Positions 1 through 9,457 of a stretch of DNA of 64,000 nt are shown here, one piece after another. The DNA is from Amoebophrya sp. A120 (lineage: Eukaryota; Protista; Dinoflagellata). The stretch covers positions 2,251,065 through 2,315,064 of the forward strand of contig CAJINV010000003.1 in assembly GCA_905178155.1 (NCBI GenBank), given 5' to 3'. The position numbers were made by a program, and so were the translations under genes. The first letter of the stretch is position 1. Each line of letters begins with the position of its first letter. The notes below the pieces were generated by a model, which was not told where the DNA came from, searched no databases, and worked only from the letters and a program-made list of their open reading frames with translations.

Positions 1-2133
1 CGCGGGGGCTCCAAGCGAACGCTTGGAAGAGTTGTTTTCCAAACGACGCCGAACGACATCATCGACATCGCGGCAGAAAGCCGCATGCATCCCATCCATT
101 GGATGGGTCAGTCGGACGCAAAGCAGGAGCGCTGCAAACGCCAGCTCCACTCTGCCAGACGACAGCAGATGAAAGATATTTTTCTCGAACTGGACGCTGC
201 CAAGAGGATCCTGATCCAACAAAACGCGCTCCACCAGCGAAAACAACTGATGGACGCTCGATCCGGTCGTGCGCTGAAACAAATTCGATGCCGTCAACGC
301 CAAAACCGGCCGCAGCGCGTTTCGTACTCCGTTTTCGTTCTGTGCGAGCGCGCTGGTGCCCGGGCCTGGTACGCCACCGTCAACGCGTGATGAAATCGAG
401 GCGGACAGCACCATCCACACCAGCGCTTCATCCAAAAGGGCTATGGTTGCTTCGTCGGAGCACGTGGAACTCGAACCTCCTCCGGTACCACCAAACAACC
501 CAGATGGTGTTATGGCCGTGGGTGACGATACTGAAATCGCTACTCCGAAAGTTTCGGCCAAGCGCTCACTGAGTCGGTGCTCTTCTAGGTCAAACGAGCT
601 GCTGTGACCGTACTGCACGGCAACGGGTTGAGGCGCCGCGCCTCCACCGGCGATCGCGTTATCAACGAGCACGCTGTTCGCTGCCGTCAGCTTGCGGCAC
701 TCGCGCAGGCACCGCCGCTGGGCCTGCCTCGCGACAGTCACCAGGGGGAAGGCTGGATCACCGTTCGGGGTCGAGAGGGCCGGCCACTCGAGTACGCGAT
801 ACCCCACCAGCTTGTCCAGGGAGTCGACCTCTTCCAGCAGCTTCGCAGATAGACCGCCCTGCACACCCTCGCCGTGCTCCATCGTGCTGCACAGTTCAGC
901 AAGCGCAAGATCGGAAAGCCGGAATGCTGTAGTCCCATTTCCGGCGCTCTCTTGCGGATCGCCACCGATGGCGCGGCCCTGCTGTTGCTCACCGTCAAAA
1001 AGCCCGGACAGCGCCAGGTCCCGCAAGAGGTGCAGCTTCGCAAGTTCGAGAACAACGAGAACACAGGAACTAATGAAAGGGTTTTCACTACCGTCTCTGT
1101 CTTTCTGAGAATTTTGATGTTCACTCCCTGAAAGTCCCAAGATCCACTGGTTCCACCCGCGCAATGCCTCCCGATGCTTTGCCCAGACGTCCTCCAGCAC
1201 CTTCTCTGTTCGCACGCTCGCGATGGGTCTCACCGGCTCACTAGCACTCTTCACTGAGGCTTGCATGCCGGATCTGCGCTGCGATCCATTTGCCATTGAT
1301 GTCGAGTCCTCTTCGTGATCCCCGCCACGACCGTCCGCTCCGTCGGATCCGGGTAACAGCGCTGCGTCCGTATCCAGGCGAGCGAGCATTTCGCGAAACC
1401 TTGCTTCCATAGCCTGCTCGTAGGATAAATTTTTCTCGTCATCGCTAACACCTCCTGTTCGCGACGATTGCAGCCTCAAGCCGGCGAGATACGCATCCGC
1501 ACGTGCCCGCGCGCTCGTGATGAGGTCCACCGCCGACTGTTCTACTTGTTCCGTTGCCGCTCTAGATCTCGACGGTTCCGTGTCGGCTTCGTCCGCAGTC
1601 GTGTCCCCTCCTAATCCCTCTTCCGTGAGCATCGTGGCGAACAGGCGCGCGATTGCGTCTTGTTGCGCAGCACCCTTGTTCCGAAGGAAGGCCACCAGCG
1701 CCGCTTCGGCCGTAACAGGGCCGCGGTTCTGCGCCGCCGCGCGCTCCTGCTCTGCTTTTGCGGCCTTCTCGGTTTGAAGCCGCGAGCGAGACGCTCGAGC
1801 GGTGTGCGCATCGGGATCGGCCTTGAACTCCGTAATCCACTTCTGCTTCTGCCGCTCCCACGACTCGGCCCGGCGCTTTGCGTCGGCCAGTTCGCGCTCA
1901 GCTGCCGTAGACTGTGCATTTGCCGCCGCGTCACGCTCGACCGCCAACGCGTCGAACAAAGCCCATCCACTCAATTCCTCCGAGTTTGCTTCGCCCGACG
2001 AGGGCCCGCAGGAGCAGGGCAAGCATTGCGCCAGCAGACCCAGAAAGCCTCCTGGCTGCTGGGACTCATTTCGTTCGTTGAGTTCTTGTGTGGAACGTCC
2101 TTGTTGCGAGGAGGTTTCTACTTGGTGTTGCAT
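1..2133 (-). CDS. Hypothetical protein, >711 aa, 3' end runs off the window
   Basis: ATG at 2133 (MQHQVETSS...). The frame was open wherever read and is the same frame at position 3-1. It is probably missing from the ORF track only because no stop lies in the window. Coiled-coil-like N-terminal part; no recognised domain. Confidence 0.75.
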   Translation of the reverse strand, partial: MQHQVETSSQQGRSTQELNERNESQQPGGFLGLLAQCLPCSCGPSSGEANSEELSGWALFDALAVERDAAANAQSTAAERELADAKRRAESWERQKQKWITEFKADPDAHTARASRSRLQTEKAAKAEQERAAAQNRGPVTAEAALVAFLRNKGAAQQDAIARLFATMLTEEGLGGDTTADEADTEPSRSRAATEQVEQSAVDLITSARARADAYLAGLRLQSSRTGGVSDDEKNLSYEQAMEARFREMLARLDTDAALLPGSDGADGRGGDHEEDSTSMANGSQRRSGMQASVKSASEPVRPIASVRTEKVLEDVWAKHREALRGWNQWILGLSGSEHQNSQKDRDGSENPFISSCVLVVLELAKLHLLRDLALSGLFDGEQQQGRAIGGDPQESAGNGTTAFRLSDLALAELCSTMEHGEGVQGGLSAKLLEEVDSLDKLVGYRVLEWPALSTPNGDPAFPLVTVARQAQRRCLRECRKLTAANSVLVDNAIAGGGAAPQPVAVQYGHSSSFDLEEHRLSERLAETFGVAISVSSPTAITPSGLFGGTGGGSSSTCSDEATIALLDEALVWMVLSASISSRVDGGVPGPGTSALAQNENGVRNALRPVLALTASNLFQRTTGSSVHQLFSLVERVLLDQDPLGSVQFEKNIFHLLSSGRVELAFAALLLCVRLTHPMDGMHAAFCRDVDDVVRRRLENNSSKRSLGAPA

Positions 2134-2782
2134 GATAATCAAAGAACAGATTCCGTCCTTGCAAACGCAAAGCTACAACCAGTCAATGAGTATGGAAAAC
2201 ATGTTGTCACGAAGTTCAGGAAACTAAGTGGCCGACATGCTTGCGACGGACTCGTAGGCCCCCCTTGAAAAGAATCGTAGTAGGTACCAGCAGGTACCGA
2301 AATCTACAAGAATACATAAGTAGTATTCCGATCATTGATTGTGCCTTCAATGGGGAACTGAATGCGAAGAGGCAGCTGAAAATACCCTCGTTTCGTGAAT
2401 GAGTCTTGTCAGTGACTCCACATTTGCCAGCGTTGTGTCGCCTTTTGAAGAAAAAAAAAACAAAAAACACCAGTATATTCACCCCGTGCTTCAAGGCAAC
2501 AGCAGATCAAGCTGAGCGCTTCTGTTTCCGCTTCATGGGCGAGCTCTGCGTCCATTTGCAATTCATAGTTGTTGTGCAAAAAAACCGGAATAAACCGATG
2601 CTCGTAGCAATCAAAAAAATCCAAGGACAAACTATTACGTGCAGGAAGGATTTCGCTTTTGTAGATGAGAATAGGGAGGGGAAGTATTTACTTCAACCAT
2701 ACTTCTGGAGTTGCATCACTGCCGCAGTTGCACCGAGCAAGCCAAGCACATGTAATAAGTGCTTCTAGTGATCGACCTGCTC

Positions 2783-3547
2783 TCAAGCGTAAAATATTCG
2801 CACTCTCGGTCCGGTGGTGCGGCACATGGGACACTGGGGGCCTTGGACATCACCGCACGCGCCGCAGGCAACCAGGTGGCGACACTTTGTCCACAAAACC
2901 GTTGGCGCCTCGCTCCAGCAAATCGCGCAGGTCGGTACTTCATTCTCGGCATTCGTTTTCGTTCGCTCTTCTCCACCACTGCTTTCCTTGCACTGGTGTT
3001 TTTGCGTTTCGCCGAAGCTCCGGGCCATACTCGCCAGTGCGTCTTCTGTCTGCTCCAAATCACGTATTTTGAGCTTGCTCGCTTCCAGTTCCCGTTCCAG
3101 CGCTTTCAGCCGCATGGCACTCACTTTGTCGACCGGACCGGGTGGCGGAGCGACAGACATCTCCTGCAGTTCGCCGAAAGCGGCCGTCAGCTGCTCTGGC
3201 ACTCCAGGTACTGCAAGCGCCTGCTGGATACTTTGGCACATATCCTTGCACTTCTTCATCTGAAAATTGTTGTACGGCGTTACGACGAGCAGGGTGATGG
3301 CGAGCCCGAAAGCCGACCACGGTTGCTCTGCTGCAAAAGTCGTCCACTCTGTAAACAAAGTGGACACTTCCGGTGCAACATGGCTCTCCACGAGGGATCC
3401 GATCGACGGCGCCAAGAATTCGTAGAGCTTCTTTGCAGTAAACATGGCCACCAGGATAAGCACCATACCGGTATCTGCAAAATGGTGGTCCAGCAAATAC
3501 TCCCAGAGCTTCCGCGCGCGCTCCAGGAACGGACGCCAGCAAAACAT
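2783..3547 (-). CDS. Membrane-anchored C3HC4-type RING finger protein (probable E3 ligase)
   Basis: C-terminal CAICWSEAPTVLWTKCRHLVACGACGDVQGPQCPMCR matches the zf-C3HC4_3 pattern. Two hydrophobic N-terminal segments and a coiled coil precede it. First ATG at 3547. Confidence 0.85.
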   Translation of the reverse strand: MFCWRPFLERARKLWEYLLDHHFADTGMVLILVAMFTAKKLYEFLAPSIGSLVESHVAPEVSTLFTEWTTFAAEQPWSAFGLAITLLVVTPYNNFQMKKCKDMCQSIQQALAVPGVPEQLTAAFGELQEMSVAPPPGPVDKVSAMRLKALERELEASKLKIRDLEQTEDALASMARSFGETQKHQCKESSGGEERTKTNAENEVPTCAICWSEAPTVLWTKCRHLVACGACGDVQGPQCPMCRTTGPRVRIFYA

Positions 3548-3779
3548 TTTTACTGAAATAACAATCGTCAATCGGAAGATCGCTACGATATCATATCAGA
3601 TCAGTCCGTACTGCATCAGAAAAGCTTTATTGCGAAGGCTTGCAGTTTGGTCAAAGAGCAACAAGAATAGCCTCTTCTCCTTCTCAAAAAAAACAGATAT
3701 CGACAAATTCTCAAAGCAAGCTCCATCGGACCTCGAATCAGCTCTTCCTTCGCAAACCTAGCCTTGCACTACGCTTACC

Positions 3780-4440
3780 AAATATAGCCGCCGGGGCGGA
3801 GGTAGTGAGGTCGTGGGCGTTTTTTTGCCGGCCGTCGCCTTGGCCGCGGCTTTGATTTTTCCGGGCCCGCCATACCGTGGGGCCTAACGTCGCGAATTTT
3901 GATAAATTTTCGAAATTCCTTTCCGTAAGCCAGCCCCCATGCTATGAGGCCGATCCGGGCGCCACGGGGGGCGCCCAAAAAGCGAGGGAAAATCGGGCCC
4001 ATAGCATGCGGATTGGCTTTGCGCGTCTGGCGCGCTTTTTCTTTTTTCCGTTTTTATATTTCTCGCCAGCGCCTTTTGCAAAGCTTCCCAGGCTCTGAAA
4101 CCGGCGAAAAGGCGGCCGCTTTCGCGGCCGCCCAAGATGCTCCGAAATCGCGGCCGTGCCATGCTGTTTCGCTGTTCTGATTTTGGGCGCGTTTTTTGCG
4201 CGCCCCTTTTTGGGCGTCCCAAATCGCCAGAAACCAAGGCGGCGGGCGCCTCAGAAGGGCGCCCCTTTTGCTGGCTTCTCTGCGTCGTTTTACCCAGCGG
4301 CGATCGATAGAATCCGCTGGCGATTCGGTGCCGACACAGCCAAAGCCGCTTGATAATTGAAATTTTTTTTTGTCAAAAAACACTTCCGCCCGCTTGCAAA
4401 ATGGCGGCCGTTTTCTGGCTGGGTGGCAAAAAAACTCCCC
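3780..4440. other. Non-coding GC-block/A-T-tract region with several hairpins
   Basis: Inverted repeat 3938-3954/3992-4008. Perfect hairpin GGCGGCCGC-TTTC-GCGGCCGCC at 4111-4132. No credible ORF. Confidence 0.5.
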
Positions 4441-5088
4441 GGTTAGAACCGTTCGGTGACCTCACTACATACAAGAACTTATCTTGGGGCGGCCATTGCG
4501 CGCTCGACTTCCTCATCGCAATAACAAATCGTGGAAGAATAATATATTCAAAGCCGTATGTGAACAACATACCTGGCAAACGCTTGGTGTAAGTCAGGGG
4601 CGTGTCTAATACCGGAATATCGCAATCGAATCAACACGTACATATCTCAGGTTTGTGATTTTGTTGTCATGATTAGGATTAGTCTACAAAACAAATTCAT
4701 AATTCAATTCTGTTTTTAGCTTTACAAGGCAATCGGGTCGAATATCGATAGGCCGCGGTCACGGTTCTGGTTTACTTAGGCTAGTGCTGCACGCCCGTAG
4801 CAATGATCAGTGCATGCTTTTCAAGAAGCGAAAGAAACAAGTAAGATTTTTCATTGAACTTAAAGTTTGTTCCATACTGTGCAAAAATTACAAGGCAACT
4901 GTAGCAGGAGTTGAAGATTCCTGAAACGGAATCGGAATTTCAATTTTTCTTGACGAAACAAGAATAAAGTGTTGCTGTTTATTCATCATCTTGCTCTTGG
5001 TAGTGAAATTTAGAAAACGCTTCTTCACTCCTCGATAAATTTACAACATTTAGACAGAGCAACGTCGTTGGTTTTCTGGCGAAAGCTC

Positions 5089-7044
5089 TCAGTCGGCACC
5101 ACCCCCGTCGTCGGCACCACCCACATCGTCGGCACCACCCACGTCGTCGGCTGCGGCACTGTCCCTGGACGAGGCTGCGGCTGCTCCAGCGAAATCACCA
5201 TTCGTGTAGTCTGCTGCCGATTCGACGTTCGGAGTGGCGGTGGTGTTGAGGGTCTGCTTGTAGTCGCTGAACGCAGTCTGGTTGTAGTTGCTGAGCGCTC
5301 CCACAATGATCACTGCAAGGGCCTCCACCTCCGCGTCCGTCTTCCTGGGGACACTGGTGTAGGTCGACTTGCGGGGAGTTTCCCCTGCCGCTCGGGCTTG
5401 GTTTACGAACTGCAGGCGCTCGTCACTGCTCTTCAGCGACAGGTCCATGTCCTCCTGTGACAGCTGCGTCTTGACAGCAAAGCACTGGTAGATCAAACAC
5501 CCCCGCGACCGCATTTCGAAGTGGTGCGCGCAGGCCTCGGAACGCGTCACGTCCAAAGATTCGAACCGGGCGTCGTGCGCGATGGCAAGCGAATCGGCCG
5601 CCTTGTCACTGGTGCCATAGAGGAGCTCGTTCTCCAGATTCTGGCTGTTCACAAAAAACTTCGAGTAGCTGCTACTCGCCGCATGACACGAGTGGCGCAA
5701 CGTGCTTTCGTGCGATTCGTCTTCGCTCGTGTCAATCCGGGACCAAGTCAGGACGGAAAACCGCACTTTCCTGCTCCAATCAAGATCGGTCTCCGCGAGG
5801 TTGTCGAAGGAAACGGCGGGAATCATGGAGCCATCAGCACGCGTGTGGTGGGTCGGCGACGCGATGGTTGGGACAAACGTCACGTAATAGTCCCGCCATC
5901 CGGAACGCACAACCCGGGCGAACACGTCGTTAGCGTGCCACCGGCGCTGGAGCTCCAGGCGGAACACTTTGCCGACGTCCGCGGCGTAGGGCGGCAGTTT
6001 TCCGCCCTCGTAGTGTGCTGCACTAGCCAGTGGCAAAATTTCGCAGTTGAGCCGCCACGTGCGGAAGCCGCCGTCGTTTGCGCCGCGACCAGTAGAAATC
6101 TGAAAACCGCTACAGGCCGCCACGGGATTTCGCTGGTCGCCGTCTTGCCCGACGAGAATTACATCTTTGGACGGAATGTTGACAGCATCGGGGACGCCTT
6201 CGTTCCCCTCTTTCCAGCCGGCCGTTTCGTTCGCAGTGATGCCGAGCCGTGCTTGGGGACCTTGTAGAGTGGAGAAAGTCTGGAGCGTGATGTCGCCAAG
6301 AGGAAGCAGGGCGAGGTAAATGTGTTTCCGGAGCAGCGCGTGTGGTAGCCACGAGTCATGCGCGGCCGCAGGAGGAACGCCCTCGATGACCTGCCCAATG
6401 CGATCGCTGTACAGCAGTGACGAAACGAAGGACGTCCGAAAAGCCTCCCCCAGGGTCACCGAGAGGAAACCGAGGAAAAACAGAACGATGAGCCCCATCA
6501 CAACGGGACCCATTACCGATGCGCCGGCGAGGAAATGAAGAAAAGGCACAGCTGCAAGACCACCGATCCCTTGGTACAGCATCATCCAGAAGCTCGTGAC
6601 CAAAGCCGTAATCATCGCCCCGAAGCCAGCACGAAGTGTGGCCCGGCCCTGCACCAGGCCTTCGAGGACATACAAATCGTGGTTCGACATCGATCTGATG
6701 ATGGCCATTGCGGTTGCGTTCCTGGCACTGGCATTGTAGGCATCGCTCGCGATTTTCCCCCGGATGCCCTTGCGAGCGGGCGCCAGCGCAAGAAACGACG
6801 CGGCGTCGGAGGTGGACCCAGCAGCATCCTGCGGCAGAAACTCCGCTACCGCAGTCGCACCGTCCTCGTCCGAAAATTCCTCGGCATCAAACTCCTGCTG
6901 CCCAAATGCTCCTAGGTTCCCGTCGGCATCTAGGCGAACAACTTCTCGAGCTGCGACTGGAGTGATGTCAACGTGCACGAGCATCATCGCTGACGCGGCC
7001 AACGCATGTCGGAAGCGCACAGGTATCGAAGCCCGTGCCGCCAT
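5089..7044 (-). CDS. Hypothetical membrane protein (~650 aa)
   Basis: Long intronless ORF. Signal-peptide-like N-terminus and about 3 hydrophobic helices (FGAMITALV...FFLGFLSVTLG). C-terminal GGADD repeat. Confidence 0.75.
   Translation of the reverse strand: MAARASIPVRFRHALAASAMMLVHVDITPVAAREVVRLDADGNLGAFGQQEFDAEEFSDEDGATAVAEFLPQDAAGSTSDAASFLALAPARKGIRGKIASDAYNASARNATAMAIIRSMSNHDLYVLEGLVQGRATLRAGFGAMITALVTSFWMMLYQGIGGLAAVPFLHFLAGASVMGPVVMGLIVLFFLGFLSVTLGEAFRTSFVSSLLYSDRIGQVIEGVPPAAAHDSWLPHALLRKHIYLALLPLGDITLQTFSTLQGPQARLGITANETAGWKEGNEGVPDAVNIPSKDVILVGQDGDQRNPVAACSGFQISTGRGANDGGFRTWRLNCEILPLASAAHYEGGKLPPYAADVGKVFRLELQRRWHANDVFARVVRSGWRDYYVTFVPTIASPTHHTRADGSMIPAVSFDNLAETDLDWSRKVRFSVLTWSRIDTSEDESHESTLRHSCHAASSSYSKFFVNSQNLENELLYGTSDKAADSLAIAHDARFESLDVTRSEACAHHFEMRSRGCLIYQCFAVKTQLSQEDMDLSLKSSDERLQFVNQARAAGETPRKSTYTSVPRKTDAEVEALAVIIVGALSNYNQTAFSDYKQTLNTTATPNVESAADYTNGDFAGAAAASSRDSAAADDVGGADDVGGADDGGGAD
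5091..5150. repeat. 18-bp tandem repeat (x3) encoding DDVGGA
   Basis: gtcggcaccaccc(c/a)c(g/a)tc units at the 3' end of the CDS. Confidence 0.8.
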
Positions 7045-7679
7045 TTTTGATTTTGTGTTCTGCTTCTGCTCCGTCCTTAGTGCAACACAGAACGGCAAAA
7101 AGAAACGTCGCAATGATGCTGCTAGTGGTATTCCTTGTGTACCTCCTAGGGTGGTACCTTATCTATCAATATCATAGAGCGGGAAACAATATACTCTTTC
7201 GAATGGCAGTCAAGAACATAAGCTACGTGCTGAGACGCTCAACTTTTTTTTCAAAAGATACCGAGCCAACACTTTGCGACGAGCGTCTAGACGCTACAAT
7301 GACGCAACCCCCGAGCCCGACAAAGACACAGCAGCTCCATCTTAGATTCCACGAATATCACGATGTAGAGACAATCCAGAGAACGACCCCTTCTGATACG
7401 AATGCATGTACGAACTTTCATCATGAATATGCGTTTAATTTCACCCAACGTCAACTTTCTAAGTTTGATACTTCTGATATCGACACTGCCGGTTTGTCAG
7501 TTTCTCGCGACGTTTGTGAAGAGGAGAACAAGCTCTTTGTCTGGCTGATACAGCAAGCGCCATGACACGCTGCATTGGAGCGATCCATTAATCCTTGTAG
7601 TGGGTATTCTTCTTCAACAAGAACGTAAACGATAATTGTCCTTGTTGCAGCATTCATTTTTTCTCTACAACATTTTCTT

Positions 7680-9095
7680 TCATCTAACACCCAATATGGC
7701 AACTGCAGAGGCAGAGAAGATCCCGCCATTTCCGTACACCAAGGCTCGACGGCAATTCCTCACTGAGCTCGCTGGTACACCAGAACTTGTGGTGGCCATA
7801 GCTGCCTGCCGGAGGTGGCGGACGGCCTCCACCACATTGAACGCTGCCGGCACTTCCCACGGTGCACCGAACGCCAGCAGCCCCCCGTGCGTGTTGATGG
7901 GAAACTTCTCCAAAAACCGGCGGTACGCAGCGGGGTCGATGTCTGCAAGTGAACGCCCCTCGCCGTGTAGTTGAGGCAGCGAGTGGTGCTCAGCGGAGAA
8001 GAGAACCGGTGCAAACTCGTCGTGCAGCCCCTGCAGAAGGTCGCCCGCTTTGCCGGCGGGGGCCACTCCCGCGGCTTCCAAGGCCTTCAGGAAGCAGACC
8101 GGAAAGCAGTCGTACAAGCCGAAGAAGTCGATGTCTTCCGGTGCGAGACACGCCTCCTCGTACGCAAACCTGCAGGCCGCTTCCCCGCTGGAAAAGTGCG
8201 CGCCGGTGACCTCCTCTAGTGGTGGCGGATAGAGCGGGCCGGAGGCTTCCGCACCGCCGAGCACCACCGGCAACTTGGACAGCCACGACTCGTCGTACGC
8301 TCCGTCCCGCTCTTGCAAGCGTCGGAGCAAAAACCGGTTGCTGGCAAGAACGATCGCCGCCGCGCCGTCCGCTCGCCGCGCGCACTCGAGCAAGGAGATG
8401 TTCTCCGTCACCGGTTCGGCTTCCCGCACCTGCGCCAACGACAGCGGCTTTTTCGTCAGCGGCGTGTAAGAACTACTCGAAGAACTTCTGTCCGCTGTGG
8501 CGGCGAAGGAGCTGCTGTGCCAAGACTCCAGCACGGGCACGAGCCGGAGCTGGTCGCGGGTGCAGTGGCCTTGGTTGAGGAGGTGCGAAGTGTACCTATC
8601 ATACCCGTGAGGAATCACCGGACTGGGCATCGGGTGCTCCAAGTTCTGGCAGCTCGCGTCCGCGCGCCTCAGAAACTCCGCCGAAGATAAAGACCCCACG
8701 CAGTCGCCCGCCACGACGGCGACCACCTCGCAATTTTCGCACTCGATCATTTGCGCCGCTTCGAGGAGCGCGGACACCGGCCCGGCGCCCCCGGTGTCGA
8801 TCGTCCGTACGCGGAGGGGTTTCTCCGCGGGAAACAAGCCCAAACACGTCGCCTGATAGTGGGCTTCCATGAAGTGCGGGTCGGTCAGCGAGGGCACGGC
8901 GACCAGTCCGTCCAGATCGGACAACCGCAGCAACCCCTTGGTGTCCGTGACCAGCGCGTCCTGCAGAACCGACTGGATCAGGTGCTTCGGTTTCGTCACC
9001 GAGCCGCTATTTCCGGCCCCGCCGCCCTTCCGCACCAGTCCGCGCGCGCCGGTGATGCACACCTTGCGCGGTAGACCCGAGAGCACGTGCGCCAT
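7680..9095 (-). CDS. SCP2/SCPx-type thiolase-like protein without the nucleophilic Cys
   Basis: Motifs DGAAAIVL, DIDFFGLYDCFP, FPINTHGGLL and ALVYGNGG are typical of the SCPx/Ltp thiolase-fold family. The nucleophile position reads TGGAGPVSAL. Confidence 0.85.
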   Translation of the reverse strand: MAHVLSGLPRKVCITGARGLVRKGGGAGNSGSVTKPKHLIQSVLQDALVTDTKGLLRLSDLDGLVAVPSLTDPHFMEAHYQATCLGLFPAEKPLRVRTIDTGGAGPVSALLEAAQMIECENCEVVAVVAGDCVGSLSSAEFLRRADASCQNLEHPMPSPVIPHGYDRYTSHLLNQGHCTRDQLRLVPVLESWHSSSFAATADRSSSSSSYTPLTKKPLSLAQVREAEPVTENISLLECARRADGAAAIVLASNRFLLRRLQERDGAYDESWLSKLPVVLGGAEASGPLYPPPLEEVTGAHFSSGEAACRFAYEEACLAPEDIDFFGLYDCFPVCFLKALEAAGVAPAGKAGDLLQGLHDEFAPVLFSAEHHSLPQLHGEGRSLADIDPAAYRRFLEKFPINTHGGLLAFGAPWEVPAAFNVVEAVRHLRQAAMATTSSGVPASSVRNCRRALVYGNGGIFSASAVAILGVR

Positions 9096-9457
9096 GTTCT
9101 TCTTGATGATGATGTTCTTGTTGCGTTTTTAGATATGTCGTGTCCTTGAAGATGCAGCAGGAGCTCACGGTCCCTCTACTTCGATCGATGGGATGAAATG
9201 TTGATCGATCACCGTGCGAATGAGAAGCTCACGCTGTTTCTCCTTGTTCTCAGTCCTCCAAACAGCAACTACTACCCCGAGAAACTTTTCCTCACACACT
9301 GGGAGCTCAAGGAAGTTATCGTTGGCGAACACCAAGCGGGACTCCGAGATGGGTCCCGGCAGAACGCGAAGGCCGGCAGATTCTCTTGTGGTTTTTGATG
9401 TAAGTAGTTTGAGCTACTTTTGCTACTTTTATCGGCGGCAATGGAACATCAAACATT

